A stretch of DNA of 64,000 nt from an uncultured Methanosarcinaceae archaeon (GCA_963733675.1 CAVTET010000001.1:416001-480000), one strand, 5' to 3'. Counted from the first letter of the stretch, positions 33,887 through 46,592 are shown. Program-made: numbers and translations. Notes: generated by a model not told the origin, from the letters alone.

Positions 33887-34614
33887 ATGAATAAGTTTAT
33901 AGTTTTGACGATTGAGCAGATCTACAATGATAAGGTAAAGGCATATCATCCTGTCATTTTAAAAAATGATACAGAAATGATCTTAGTGGACTGCGGTATT
34001 CCTGGTTCAATGTCTAAAATCAAAGAAAATGCTCTGACCCAAGACGTGAATATAGACAATCTGACAAAAGTAGTTCTTACGCACCAAGATTTAGATCACG
34101 TCGGCTCACTAGCAGAATTGAAGCGTAAATATCCTGGTGTACAGATTCTTGCTGACATTAAAGAAAGACCGTACGTTAATGGCGAAAAAAATTTGTAAAA
34201 TTACAGAAACTATGTGAAACATATGATAATCTACCTGAATGCCAAAAGGAAATGATAACGGCTCTACAACAATCATATAGTAGCTACGAACCTGTTGATA
34301 TTAATGGAATTCTTCATGATCATGATATCTTTTCATGGTGTGGTGGCGTTGAAATTGTTTCAACTCCAGGGCATACCGAAGGTCATATCTGCTTATATTT
34401 GTATGAATTTAAAACCTTGATTGCCGGAGATGCTTTGTTTGTTCAAGATGGTGAACTTGTGATCTCGCTGCCAATGTACACTCTAGATTTTGAGCAAGCA
34501 AAACAATCTGTAAGAAAACTTCTTGATTATGATATCAATGAAATCATCTGTTATCATGATGGTAGATACAAAGGTGACATTAAAGCAGCTCTCAGCAAAA
34601 TATTGATGCACTGA
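33887..34614 (+). pseudogene. metallo-beta-lactamase-fold hydrolase split by one frameshift
   Basis: LVDCG, THQDLDHVG in ORF1; TPGHTEGH, AGDA, CYH in ORF2. One extra A in the A7 run at 34185-34191 would fuse them. Confidence 0.88.
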
Positions 34615-35099
34615 ATTATAGTCAACAGTAGTTACGATTTGTTGTAGTTCCGAATGACTACTCTTATTCTTTTACAGTTTTTTCACAATAGCTAACAAAA
34701 AAGTTTTTTATTTATTCAGAATTAGTATATTTTTGGGAATCTGCAGTGTGCTCAATTTTGGCAACGTGGGCAATGTGCCAATAGTTCTGTAAAATATAAT
34801 TGATTCTGTATCTTTTTCTACCCAATTAAAAACAGGAATTCTCAGTCTGTTAGCAGAACGAGTTAAAGAGTTCGGAAAAAATAATCTTTAAAGCTTTGGG
34901 TTGATTACCGCATTAACTATCTGAATAATAGTATATTGTTGTAAACTTCATGTTGATAGAAGTTATCTCCATGTGTAATTTAAAATAGTTGGCCGCCTAA
35001 TTCCCAGGGCAATAACGACATTCCTTAAGTTAATCAATGTTTTCCTACTTCTTTTTGAGTCTTCTGCAACACTGATTATTTTGTCCGTTGTTAAAATTA

Positions 35100-35645
35100 A
35101 TGAGAAGCCAATTTTCATAAGAAATTGTAAGTTGTCACAAGTTCACTTACATACTATGTTCAAATGCTACGAAGGAGCTTCTTGAAAACTTCAGTAGCAT
35201 TAGACATAGCTAAAAAGGTAGTATAGGATAGAAAATTAATCAAAAAATATATCACAAAATCAAATATGCTAATTCTCTGATGAGACAATCAAATAGGATA
35301 GGAAAATCTCAATGTTATGTGATGAATAAAGGCTATTGATACAGAAAAAATCCATTCCCTATTTAGAAAAAATAAGAGCAGACTCAACCATACCTGTAAA
35401 AAAGAGTACGAAAATTTGGGGAAAATACAGAAGATAGCTGCACTTAATTTTTGATTAAATTAAATACAATCGAAGAAATTTAGTGGGGACAACTTTCTCT
35501 GCTTCCAATTGGACGTTTGGAGAAGTACTTCGGGAAAAGGGTCCCATAATCACGTTAAATACGTGAAACTTAAACTGAGAGTCTACAAAGTAAATAAAAA
35601 GATAGTAGAAATAATTTGCACTAAATTAAGGATTTCCACAGAGCC
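35100..35645 (+). mobile_element. decayed IS5-family (IS903-like) element, 3' part and right end
   Basis: Relics RRSFLKTSVALD, CYVMNKGY, KIHSL, KYNRRNLVGTTFS, VKLKLRVYKVNKKIVEIICTKLRISTEP*. Ends in GGATTTCCACAGAGCC. Confidence 0.72.
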
Positions 35646-35689
35646 TAAAATGTATATCAATTAGTTAATAAAAGTTATCCTGTGAGTTC

Positions 35690-35728
35690 CCATTCTGCAG
35701 CAAGCTGTGGGATATTCAACTGGAATAA
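35690..35728 (-). mobile_element. IS200/IS605 type-B end motif, second copy
   Basis: CTGCAGCAAGCTGTGGGATATTCAACTGGAATAA is an inverted homolog of 9513-9548. Confidence 0.55.
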
Positions 35729-36424
35729 TCCCTATATCATAGTTATACTGGATAACTCAAAAACACATCAGTCATACATTATGGTCAAAAAGGCGGAGCA
35801 ATTGGATATAATATTGGTATTCCTTCAATTCTATTCAACTAATCTAAACTCATGAAACTGTATTTATAAAATTATAATGAACAAAATTTCAACATAACTC
35901 ATTCAATTAGTTGTGTGATTCAGAGAGGTTTCAGAAGTAATATACGTTGTAGCTAAATCAAAATCATTTGCTAAGAATTCGATAAGATATTTAATGAACA
36001 AATAACTGGTTTAATTAATTGCTGACTTGACTGTAAACAACTTCATGTACATTCATGAATTTAAGGAACTTAGAGATGTATAATATATAATTTACAGGGT
36101 TTTTGGTTATTGCAGCCAATTGCTAGTAAAATGAATGATAAATTTTTGAGATTCCAATAGATATTGTAAGTCTAGAAACTTATCATTTGTAGGATAACTT
36201 CTAGCCATGACAATTTTACCATCAACAATACTTACTGGTAACACATAATATCATCTCAGTTCAGTGTTTCATTTCTAATTATATTATCTATAAAAGCCTG
36301 GTTGTTTATAGTTTACATCTTTGACTTTCATTACATCATAGGGGCAAATTCTATAACATTGGCTGCAGAATTTCAGTAGCATTCTTGAAAAATTTATTCC
36401 GAATTGAAAACAGGAAATATCTCC

Positions 36425-37306
36425 ATGAAGATGAACCCACGTTGTATCTATTGCCTACTTTCAAGAGTACACTTCCAGTCTAAGCTTTCGACAGACGATG
36501 AGGATCTCATAAACAAGACAATCCATGAATGTCTTGGAGTTATGAATAAATATTATGATCCTGAAGCAGTATCTGCATCCATAGCAACTAAAATCCATCG
36601 GAAATGCTATGAAGTTTTGGGAGACAAAGACCCTTATGCTGGGACAAAGAAACTTATCAACCGTTCTGCACTGAAGGTTCTGACCGAAGCAAAACAAAAA
36701 ATTTATGAGAATTCTCCTGAAGATAGGGAACTTTTTAGGCGGGCAGTGCTTTCATCCGTGATTGCAAATTATTTTGATTTCGGCATAATGGGCTTTAATG
36801 CCAGTGAAGTGGGATTTGAAACTGTGTTTCTGAAACTTTTCGAACACGGACTTGACGTGGATGATACTTCTAAAATATTCGGCCTCCTGAAGGATGTCGT
36901 TTACATTGCCGACAATTGTGGAGAGATTCTCTTCGATATGCTCGTTTTTGATGTTATAAAAAAACTCGGAGGGAAAATTAAACTTGTAGTTAGGGGAGGA
37001 CCAATTCTCACAGATGTAACCTTGGAAGAGGTAAAAGAGTTTGAAGTGGATAAAAAAGTTGACCAGGTCCTGACTACAGGTTCTAATGCTATAGGTGTCC
37101 TGATCGAAGAAGCTCCATCTGAACTTCTCAAAGCCATGAAAGATGCGACCCTTATCATCAGCAAGGGAATGGCTAACTATGAAACCCTTTCAGAACATAA
37201 CTTTGGGCCTACTGCTTACATGCTTCTCACAAAATGTGAATGCGTTGCTGAGGATCTTGGGCTCGAACAGGGTCTAGTTGTAGCAAAACTAATTAATTAT
37301 CCTTGA
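36425..37306 (+). CDS. DUF89/ARMT1-like damage-control phosphatase
   Basis: CIYCL, DPY, ANYFDFG, DNCGEILFD, ISKGMANYETL, KCECVA. Confidence 0.9.
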   Translation: MKMNPRCIYCLLSRVHFQSKLSTDDEDLINKTIHECLGVMNKYYDPEAVSASIATKIHRKCYEVLGDKDPYAGTKKLINRSALKVLTEAKQKIYENSPEDRELFRRAVLSSVIANYFDFGIMGFNASEVGFETVFLKLFEHGLDVDDTSKIFGLLKDVVYIADNCGEILFDMLVFDVIKKLGGKIKLVVRGGPILTDVTLEEVKEFEVDKKVDQVLTTGSNAIGVLIEEAPSELLKAMKDATLIISKGMANYETLSEHNFGPTAYMLLTKCECVAEDLGLEQGLVVAKLINYP

Positions 37307-37469
37307 AATGTTAATTATTATCTATTTTTTTCGGCATTTTTCTATTCTCTGTGAGACAAAGGCAGACTTGCCCCAATACATAAAAATGCAGCATTCATTA
37401 CACTGAAAACTTAATCATGAAGACGTCATCAATTAATGGTGGGAGACTTCCTTTCTGATAAAGTGCTAT

Positions 37470-37725
37470 AAGTGTGAACAACATATTGAAAAAAAGTGTT
37501 TTCTTAGAACTATTTGATATATTTTGATGGTCTCGTCGGAAATGTGACAGCTGAGACAATGAAACATTACTTTAAGGAATTTCAGAAAAAGCTGCAATCA
37601 GAGTTTAACTTTTAGCTAGATTAAAGCAAGATGGTCAAAACAGGAATATAGCATTTCTGAGTTTTGACAAACCGAGTAGGTGGGCCTAATCTACTCCATC
37701 ACTTAGGTTGGTGGTAGCTTCAAGC
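37470..37725 (+). mobile_element. IS200/IS605 tnpA 3' remnant with right-end hairpin
   Basis: Relic LVGNVTAETMKHYFKEFQ. CTACTCCATCACTTAGGTTGGTGGTAG hairpin-like end. Confidence 0.6.
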
Positions 37726-37988
37726 ATTTTAATTTTGAATTAAAGAGGATTTCATAAACCTCTTATTTTCAAGAGTCAGTTGATATATGGTTAAAAGTGT
37801 ATAAAGGAATTAGATTTATCAAAATCTTCTAAAACACTCAAAAAATATTTATACTCATACGATATTTAATTAACAAGTGAGTTTTTTATTCAGTTGAGAA
37901 TTATTGAATTTTCACTATCAGTATAACTCTTACGATTTATGAATCTAATATCCATCAATGAGTTCACTTGATAGCACTGGAGGGTCTT

Positions 37989-38885
37989 ATGAACAGCAGT
38001 TTTTCGATTACAGTAGATCTTGAGGACTGGTATCATATTCCTTCAGTTTGTGGATCTCCTTTTGCTGTTTATAGAAGTGTAGATGAATTTTTTGAAAAAT
38101 GGAATGGTAAGTATGACTTCCTGACTGAACCAACAAAAAAGGTATTGGATCTTCTCGATGAATTTAAAGTGACTGCCACATTCTTTGCAGTTGCGGACAT
38201 TGTAGAGAACTATCCGGGACTAATCGAGTCAGTCGTAGAAAGGGGGCATGAGCTCGCATGCCATGGACTGCACCACACCTGTAAAATCGACCCTGAAACA
38301 AAAAAACAGTTAATAAGTAACGAGGAATTTGAGCAAAGGACATTGCTTGCGAAAAGAATTTTGGAAAAAGTTGGTGGGGATAAGATAGTAGGTTATCGAG
38401 CACCCAATTCTCTAGTCGGTGGTTGGATGCTGGATTCCTTGGAAAGGATTGGATTCAAATATGACTCCTCTGTATCCGTAAATTCTCTCTATAATAAAAC
38501 AGATTCTTCTCTTAGCACAGTTTCAACAACTCCATATTTCCCTGTAGAAAGTGGACTTGAAGTAGGAGATAATAGAAACTTGGTTGAGTTTCCCTGGGCC
38601 TATTATCATAATTTATTGAAAATTCCAGCATCTGGAGGGCCAATACTTCGCTTTTTTGGGGCTCCACTTGTACTAAATGGGCTTCTCCAAAGTCTCCGAA
38701 GAGGGCATACGGTATTTTATTTTCATCCATTAGATATTTCTTGTGCTAAATTTCCCTCAATAGGGAACAATAGACCCTTTTATTGGAGTTTAAAAGGGAA
38801 ACTTGTTGAACAGAGAATCCGTTATATTCTGAAGAAGTTGGAGGACATTGATAAAATATGCTTGCGAGATTACCAAGGCTTATAA
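37989..38885 (+). CDS. polysaccharide deacetylase family protein (DUF3473-type)
   Basis: TVDLEDWYH, ATFF, GHELACHGLHH, GYRAP, YDSS, FYFHP. Confidence 0.9.
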   Translation: MNSSFSITVDLEDWYHIPSVCGSPFAVYRSVDEFFEKWNGKYDFLTEPTKKVLDLLDEFKVTATFFAVADIVENYPGLIESVVERGHELACHGLHHTCKIDPETKKQLISNEEFEQRTLLAKRILEKVGGDKIVGYRAPNSLVGGWMLDSLERIGFKYDSSVSVNSLYNKTDSSLSTVSTTPYFPVESGLEVGDNRNLVEFPWAYYHNLLKIPASGGPILRFFGAPLVLNGLLQSLRRGHTVFYFHPLDISCAKFPSIGNNRPFYWSLKGKLVEQRIRYILKKLEDIDKICLRDYQGL

Positions 38886-40358
38886 ATTCATATATTAAAC
38901 AAGTTTTTTGTTTTATCATAGGACAAGCCTCAAAATTAGAAACTTGCAGAAGGCATTGAACTAAAACTTGCAATCATTCACTAAATCGAATCGATGGTTT
39001 CAAAAGTGTATATTATTCTTTTGTATAATTAAACTGTGATGCATGTGACAACTACCTTTTATCGAGAGATGCAATAATATAAATGCTCAAAAATTTTATT
39101 CAACATTTTTACCTGGAATTAAACACAAATCACAAAATTTCAGTATTTGTATTTTGGATTGAATATACCGATAAAATTTAATATCGAATAATCATAGAAC
39201 ATCGAAAAATAGTTTAGAAGTTATCTTTGATCTAATAGAAATTCCAATATTTTTAACAGCTATTCAGCCTACTAAAAATTTGTTGATTTAGATCTATTTT
39301 GATGCAATATATGCTTCAAATTAATAACTGATAAAAAATAATAACATCAACAATAGCCAACAATGAAATAAGATCAGCACACTATAATTTGCCAATTGAA
39401 TTCCAGGAAACATGGCTATTGAGATTCTATTGTCTAGACTGAACAGTTATTATTTATTACAATTGCTGTCCGAACACACTATATATATATTTAACGTCAT
39501 TTTAAGTAACTAGTCTTGTCAAATTAAATTCGATTTGAATATGTTATGACACGTTTTCACTTAAATGCAAACTATTTTAATAGATTCCATTTTCATCCTT
39601 TTTTTCTATTGAATTTACGTATTTGAATCTTCACAAAGTTAAGATCATTTGAAATGTAATCACTTATGGCCTCATTTTGACAGTTTGAACTTCATGTTGA
39701 AAGGGGATTTTCGAGCGTGTGCTGTTTTTTCTGAAAAATTATGAATCCCAAAAAGTTATGAGAAAACGAATCACATATATGAAGGATTCAATTATACACA
39801 CTATCCAAAAATTAACATTAAAATACACAACAAATTCGCGACACTTTAAGATATAATATTTAAGCTGGATGGAATAAATTATATTGTGACAACAAATTTG
39901 GATTGAATTTTTAGGATTCTCTTCGACAGATAATTCTCCAGCTAGTGATAACTATTTACCAAATTTTGATCGAATTTTTGAGATTGAATTTGGCAGATAT
40001 TATAAATAATAAAGAATATATTTTAATACTGCGAAAAAAATGGATCGCAAAAATACTAAAATTGAACGAAATCTTTATGCATAAAAATCTTCTTTTGGCT
40101 TATGGGTTGAAAACTGATAGATTCCATATAAATTTGATAAAATTTTTGGAAGCTTTAAACTGATTTTTGGCGAAAAGATGAAAATTAATCCCAAGGCGAA
40201 TGAGAGCCATAATCCAGTTTTCAAAATATTTGCTCCCAGCCATTTTTTTTATTTTTATCAGAAAAGAGCTTGTCATTCCATACTTTGGAAACATTAATTT
40301 TTCTGATAGATTTAAGTGCTAAGGAAAAGGTTTTTACCGAGAATTATTGTCTCAAAGA

Positions 40359-40988
40359 TCAAACATACTTGAAAAGATCATCCCTTTTCATTTCGTGTAG
40401 CCTGTCTCGAAGGATGACCTTTAAGGTCTTGATATATCCTTTTTTGGCGCTTACTGGGGCAATCAAGTGCTTCCATTTCTGCCAGGGGGGAACGAGTCCA
40501 AGGAGAGCTGCAATCTCGTCAAGAAGGGGATCATACTCATTTTCTTTGACCTTGTCCATCTTATTTGCAGCGATAAGAGTATCTATCCCAACTTCTCTGA
40601 GGAAATCAAACATCTCAACATCGATAGGAATCTGTTTTCTGGAGTCCCAACGGTAGACTATTTCTGGAAATGAAGGGCCGTCTATTACCAGAATTCCAAA
40701 TTTGATCCTTCTGGCATTATCCTCTATATAGTGTACGATTTTATCCTTCACTATATCCTGCTTTCTATCCTTTACTCCACTCATAAAGCCGAAGCCAGGC
40801 ATGTCGGTAATAAACAGATCTGATACCTGATAATGCGTTGGACGCAGAGTAACGCCTGGGCGTTTACCTACCTTCACTTTTACTCCAAAAAGTTCCCTGA
40901 TCAGGGAGGACTTCCCAACATTTGAACGTCCTACAAATATTGTCTCAAAATTCGCGTTGCCTTCAGCTTCAGTATTGCTAGTTCCCAT
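40359..40988 (-). CDS. engB: GTP-binding protein EngB
   Basis: GRSNVGKSS, RPGVT, DMPGFG, NKMD, SAK. Confidence 0.93.
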   Translation of the reverse strand: MGTSNTEAEGNANFETIFVGRSNVGKSSLIRELFGVKVKVGKRPGVTLRPTHYQVSDLFITDMPGFGFMSGVKDRKQDIVKDKIVHYIEDNARRIKFGILVIDGPSFPEIVYRWDSRKQIPIDVEMFDFLREVGIDTLIAANKMDKVKENEYDPLLDEIAALLGLVPPWQKWKHLIAPVSAKKGYIKTLKVILRDRLHEMKRDDLFKYV

Positions 40989-42009
40989 TTTTTTTCACCT
41001 CATTTGCTTCCCAAGGTGTATATCGAAAGCCCAGAGGAATGCCTCAAGATTAGTCAGGGATACGCATCCCTGTTGAAAATGGATTCATTCCGTCAATTTT
41101 TTCGAATTAAGAGCCAAACGAGCGGAGAATAAAGTTTATGTCTATTTTTTCCTCGGGAAAAGTATTAAATTTTAGGTAACTCTTCTCTCACGAAACTCAA
41201 ATTCAATTTTCACTTACTTCTGACCGTAAGAAAGCATAAACCTGCTTCCTACTAGCATTTTCATCAATTTCTTAAAACATAGAGACTTAAGATTCACAAA
41301 ATTTTCTTTTAGGGTTCTGTGCAACCTTCGTAGTTTAAAGTATTTTTCGCCTAACGTTGAATCCATAAAATTGAATCTCTTAATCAGAAATCATGTCAAA
41401 TCAATATTTTTGTATACCAACCCAAAGCATTAATTTATTATTTCCCTGGAACATCTTCAATTTTGTCTACATATTTTATCGTAAAATATAATTTAAACCT
41501 GTATATATTACCTAACCCTGCTAGTTGCAGTTAACTTAGAAATCAAAGATTTAAAAATCCTTATTTTCGGCTTATTGTCTAAATTTGGTATGATTCTGAC
41601 GGGCTTTATCAGTTTGAATTTTTAAAATTCTCTCCATCAGGTAAATTCAACTCCGATATATAGTCTCCTACACTCAACATGTAAGATATTTCCTGTTCCT
41701 GAAATGTCAAAAATTTACAATCCTGATTAGACAGGGGACATCAGTGAACTTTGATTTTTTTCCTAGTTTATCCATTAAGACGAAATATATTGAAAAAATA
41801 TATACTATAAATTATATATATATAGTGAACACCGCGATATTCGATCTGTACAATTATATTACTCAATTTAAACAAAGTCAGGATCCACATAAAGGAAATA
41901 TCCAGGGGAAAAATCTTCTAGCTGTTACAGGTTATCAGGTAATTAAGTACGGGTAACCGAAGTGGAGAGCTTAAGACAAGGTAAGTATTTACAAAAGGAG
42001 GGGAAGAAG

Positions 42010-42180
42010 ATGAAAATGATCACGGATATCCCGCCGGAGATCTAGTCGCCGATCAAGGTGGAGAGTCGCATCGGCACGCTCAAGTTCTTCCTGGATTCTC
42101 GGACAAGAGCACCGCCGAGAAACTCTTCGATAACCATGATTTCCAACGCGCTGTGAAGGCCTATCTGCAGGCATTGCCTC
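42010..42180 (+). pseudogene. N-terminal relic of a DUF1254/DUF1214-type protein
   Basis: GC-rich island with AGGAGG RBS: MKMITDIPPEI*SPIKVESRIGTLKFF / GFSDKSTAEKLFDNHDFQRAVKAYLQALP. Contains a stop, a frameshift and a truncation. Confidence 0.65.
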
Positions 42181-42407
42181 AAAATGGTACCAAAAACAAA
42201 CTCATTCTACAAAGAAGCGATGATTAAGAGAGTTAAACAAGAAAAAGAGAAACTAGAGTCCACTTCATCTCACCTGAAGAACTGAGTATCTGTGAACCTC
42301 CGTATTCACGAAGTAATAAGTAAATAATTCAAGGACAAAATCGAAAAAAGAATTTGCTACTATTCAATCCATTTTATCCTTTTTTACTGCTTTTCTTTAA
42401 TGATTAT

Positions 42408-44027
42408 TTACACAAATTCCGCTTTCACGGATGTAAAAATTGGGCCTCTAATATCTATTTTTTTCTTTTTGCCAGTGATATAGCGTTGGGCAATAGGACC
42501 TATTTTCAGGTTGATTTCCGAGGGAACTTTGACAATTCTTACCCTCACAATATGTTCATTTGCTCCGAAAATTGCGGCTTCTTCAATTTCCCTGGCAGCC
42601 TGGGCGGCAAAAGCTTCAATGAAACTAACGCCTGCTTTTGCAGAGTGATTTTCAAAGGCTTTGTGCCATTTTTTGATGTTAGGAATTCCCAGGATATCTC
42701 CCTGATAAGCTACAACTTCGTTGAAAACTGCAGGGCCGCAGAGTTTCGTGTTTATTTCAGGCTCTATTACAGAAATTTTTACATTTCTGCCGCATACTTC
42801 TCCTTCCCAAACAGGAAACTCACAGGGGCTTTGCTCTTCCGAATGCAATTTACACTGTGAAACGATTGCATCTGCAATCGCACGCCCTTCAGGAGTTTCA
42901 GGCACTTTGTCTACAAAGATCTGTTTTGCAAGCTCATTATCCGACATATCCCACTCACTGTATTGAGGTATCTGCGGATAAGTCAGAGAGCGTACATCTG
43001 GGGAATCGTGGAGGATCATTGCCAATCTTTCCACTCCGAGACCAAGGTTCATGACAGGATACGGGATGTCATATTCTGCAAGAGCTGTTGGGGAATAAAT
43101 CCCAAAAGTTGCAACTTCGATCCAGCCATCAGAATACTTTGAGTTAGAGCCTACAAGTTTTGGATGAAAGGCAAATACTTCGGTCTGGGTGTCAGGAACA
43201 TAGTATTTGCTGCGCTTCTCATCAGGCCTGAAAAGGAATTTTTCAAAGCCAAAATGGGTAAGAAGCCCTTCTGCAACGGCCTTTCCATGATCGACGATCA
43301 CATCTTCATCCATGATCACGCAGGAGGCTGAATAATAGGTCATTAGCCTTGAGGCATCTTCCTGTTGTTCTCTCCTGAAACAACGATCTATAGAAAATAA
43401 ATTGAATGGAGGTTCTTTCCTTTCAAGAAGTGCACCAAGGGAAATGAACCATCCACTTGTCATATGGCTGCGGAGTGTCTTTGTGCTTGCCTGGGGCACA
43501 AGCTCTTTAAATTCCGGAAAAACGTTGTCAATCATATTGGCAACAATCGAGTCTGAAACTTTAAGAGCCACAGAAATCTCGGGAACAAGATCATCTCCAT
43601 CGACCTTCCCTTTTTTGTATGCATGGAAAATTTGCCTGATTTTATCGATTCCATTGTCACCAATGTTCCCGAGGATACCAGTTACTTGTTCAATGCGCTC
43701 GTCGGAAATCCCAACGTTAGGACGAGGAAGGCCTGCTAGATAAAAACAGCGGTCTAGGACTGCTAGGGCTTCGTTTCCGAACTGTTTATGAACTTCTTTA
43801 TCATCCACTATCAAAGGGTTCATCATTTCTTCAAAGCCCATTCTGAGATAAGCCTCTCTAAGTTTCTGAATGGTGGCATAAACAGGGTGTTCCTTTCCGA
43901 ATTTAAAAGCGATTCTAGGATAGCGCTCGTTCAGGGTAGGCGTCCTGATAAGTTTTTTACCCTGGTTCCAGGTAAAATCGAAGTTCTCTTTTGCATTTTT
44001 TCTTATTTTTTCTGGATCAAACCTCAT
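42408..44027 (-). CDS. sepS: O-phosphoseryl-tRNA(Cys) synthetase
   Basis: HKQFGNEALAVLDRCFYLAGLPRP, LRSHMTSGWF, CFRREQQEDASRL, MNLGLGVERLAM. Confidence 0.97.
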   Translation of the reverse strand: MRFDPEKIRKNAKENFDFTWNQGKKLIRTPTLNERYPRIAFKFGKEHPVYATIQKLREAYLRMGFEEMMNPLIVDDKEVHKQFGNEALAVLDRCFYLAGLPRPNVGISDERIEQVTGILGNIGDNGIDKIRQIFHAYKKGKVDGDDLVPEISVALKVSDSIVANMIDNVFPEFKELVPQASTKTLRSHMTSGWFISLGALLERKEPPFNLFSIDRCFRREQQEDASRLMTYYSASCVIMDEDVIVDHGKAVAEGLLTHFGFEKFLFRPDEKRSKYYVPDTQTEVFAFHPKLVGSNSKYSDGWIEVATFGIYSPTALAEYDIPYPVMNLGLGVERLAMILHDSPDVRSLTYPQIPQYSEWDMSDNELAKQIFVDKVPETPEGRAIADAIVSQCKLHSEEQSPCEFPVWEGEVCGRNVKISVIEPEINTKLCGPAVFNEVVAYQGDILGIPNIKKWHKAFENHSAKAGVSFIEAFAAQAAREIEEAAIFGANEHIVRVRIVKVPSEINLKIGPIAQRYITGKKKKIDIRGPIFTSVKAEFV

Positions 44028-45468
44028 GCATATCCTCTTTAGCAAATTATTGAATTATAAATCTACAGTTTGAGATTCGGATTTATAAGTCTTAGAAAAT
44101 TCATATATTTTTAACACTTTAGATATTAAACAGTTTAACAACTACTAAACTTATCATATTAGTAATTTGCAGATAGCAGGTTGTATTTCAAATGCACAAC
44201 TTTAATATTTGTAGCTCAGAGTTACTGATTTGCTTAGTTTTGAAACACAGTTTATTCTTAAAGCCTTGATGCCAGATTCAGAATTGAAGTTTCAAGTTTT
44301 TTCTGACTAATTGCCTTGGCAACATATCCACACATACTTCCTATCAGCATTAGATATCTATCTTCCTACTGCATCCTCTAGTTATGGCATAAAGATGATC
44401 ACAAGCCATAATTATTGCATGGATATATCCCATAATTTCTAAATAATACTTCATTTTTTCCAATGTATTTCTTTCTGATATGGGCCAAGACATATCTTCT
44501 GAGCTCCCCCACAACATCTCCAAGATCATTGAGATAAGAACATATATTTAACTCTCAGTTCCATTAAGAGGAGAAAATCATCTTCGGCATCTTTCCTTTA
44601 TTCAGCAAGCTGCTGAGGACTGAAACTTACAACTATTTTTGTGCCAATGTTCTACAAATCCGCCAAAATAAATCTTAAAATATCTCCGAAAAGAATTTCA
44701 AGCCCCTCTTGAGATTTTCCCACTTTTTTGATGCTGTTATTTGCTGTCTCAAAATTCTGCCATGCAAAGCAAATATGTTGTCCAGTATTTTCGGACAATT
44801 TCGCGAGAAATTTTTAATCCATCCTCCCTATTGTACTGCCTTACGCCTCTAAATTTTTCCTATCGGAGCCAAAATATCTTCAAGCACTGGTTTCATACCC
44901 ACTTAAATGCTTTTTCAATCTTTCATAAAATTTAGCTTTTCTACTCTAAAACTAAATAGCACATTATATATTTTGCAGGTACTTTTAAGGACGTATAATT
45001 TGGATCTAAGAATTTCCCTTTGTAGTGTAATTGTGCCTATCAATGAAATTTTTTGGCCGATATATGCTGGATTTCGGATTTCTTGGTGTTTTGTCATTTG
45101 AATTACTTCTTCTACCCAATTTAACTCCTTCATATCTGAGATGCTACTTTAAAATTCTGTTTCATGATCCCGATTTAAATTCGAATTAGCGAAAAAAAGA
45201 TAGAAAAAGAGGAAAAAGATTATTTTCCGTGCCAATACCTCCAACTCTTAGCTAAAATTCTTTAAGTAGGCACTGTTATACTAGCAAAATAATACGGGTT
45301 GCTCCCTCCAAACTCCTTTTTCAGAATAAGATCAGATGTATCCTTTTTTAACAGTGTATTCTCAAGAAACTTAACATAGTTTGTTTATTTCTGGCAAATT
45401 ATCTATTTTCAGCCTAAGGTTTCGGAAAAATTCGATTTTTAATACCATTGAATGATTTTTCTACTCTT

Positions 45469-45741
45469 TCATTCGTTCACAGGTATTGTCTCGAGCTGAC
45501 TTGAAAGATTCCATATAAGAGTTCTTGTATGTAGAGGAAGGTTAGGATCATTGCTTATATCTTCAAGGATGGAAATGCTTGATGCTGCTCTAAGGAACAG
45601 AGGTTCTGATTCGTTATTCAATATATCCATGATTTCATTCACGGAACGCCTGATATTTCGTGGAACTGAAGAGTCGCTGATTATGCTTTCTAGGACCTGA
45701 AGACATTGTCGGATAATTTCTGCTGAATCATTTGATGACAT
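45469..45741 (-). CDS. UPF0147 family protein
   Basis: [10 protein letters not shown]...[16 protein letters not shown]. Confidence 0.9.
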   Translation of the reverse strand: MSSNDSAEIIRQCLQVLESIISDSSVPRNIRRSVNEIMDILNNESEPLFLRAASSISILEDISNDPNLPLHTRTLIWNLSSQLETIPVNE

Positions 45742-45977
45742 TCGAATCACCTTCGAGTCAATTATGATGTAAAATTAGAGCTAATAAATTAGTTTTAACA
45801 CAGACTAGTGATATAAAATAGTATCGGTAATTTGAAAAATTTTCAGTACCTATGCCTTCTAGTTGTAATTCTGAATCAATGTTCTTTCCTGTTTCACGGA
45901 GGAGAGGCAGTTTAATATTAGAAAACAACAGGAAAAATAATATCAGATAAGCGAGAAGCTGGGTATAGAAGAAGGTC

Positions 45978-46592
45978 ATGTACATGGATTCTGAAAAAGA
46001 TCAAAAAGTAAAGCGAATAGCACGTTTTCTTGAGTTAGGGGGTACGATGCTTGCAGAGCATTGTAAGGAATGCGGAGCCCCAAGATTTCGTTATCAGGGC
46101 AAAGTAATCTGCCCGATATGCGATGTTCGCGATGAAGAAGAGGCTACTAAACCAGCGACAGAAATCCAGTTCTCTGAAGCCAGACTGTATACTGAAAAAG
46201 ACAAGCTTTCAATTGAGAACAAAAACAGAGTTCAGGCGCACAGACAAAAACCAAGTTTAGGACTGAGAACTGCTGAAGCTACCGAAAAAAAGGAAAAAGC
46301 GATAGAGTTGATAAAAGAGAATTTTTCAAAAATACCTTATGATACTGGGGAAACAAAAAAAACAGCCATTATAATCCAAGGTGCATCCCCCAAAAAAGAG
46401 GGGAAGCCTACCGAAGCACCAAAGCTGTCTGTAGTTGATGAAGACAAGGAAATATTGGAGAGCCTTCTCTTTAAAAAAATAGTCAGCATTGCAACCTCCC
46501 TTCAGGACGAAACGGATCCGCAAAGTATTGCTGAGGATTTCGAGCTGATTGAAAAATGTCTTGGGATAATAGAGCGTCTAAAAAAAGCATGA
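45978..46592 (+). CDS. UPF0148 / Sjogren autoantigen p27-like Zn-ribbon protein
   Basis: LELGGTMLAEHCKECGAPRFRYQGKVICPIC; divergent from UPF0147. Confidence 0.85.
   Translation: MYMDSEKDQKVKRIARFLELGGTMLAEHCKECGAPRFRYQGKVICPICDVRDEEEATKPATEIQFSEARLYTEKDKLSIENKNRVQAHRQKPSLGLRTAEATEKKEKAIELIKENFSKIPYDTGETKKTAIIIQGASPKKEGKPTEAPKLSVVDEDKEILESLLFKKIVSIATSLQDETDPQSIAEDFELIEKCLGIIERLKKA

Noticed and set aside
31480-42180. Pyrrolysine readthrough of TAGs in the Zn-finger and DUF1254 relics
   Set aside because: Both also contain frameshifts, TGA stops or truncations, so ordinary decay explains them.
44300-45250. Probable decayed gene between sepS and UPF0147
   Set aside because: Looks like coding debris, but I could not assign a family by eye; needs BLASTx.
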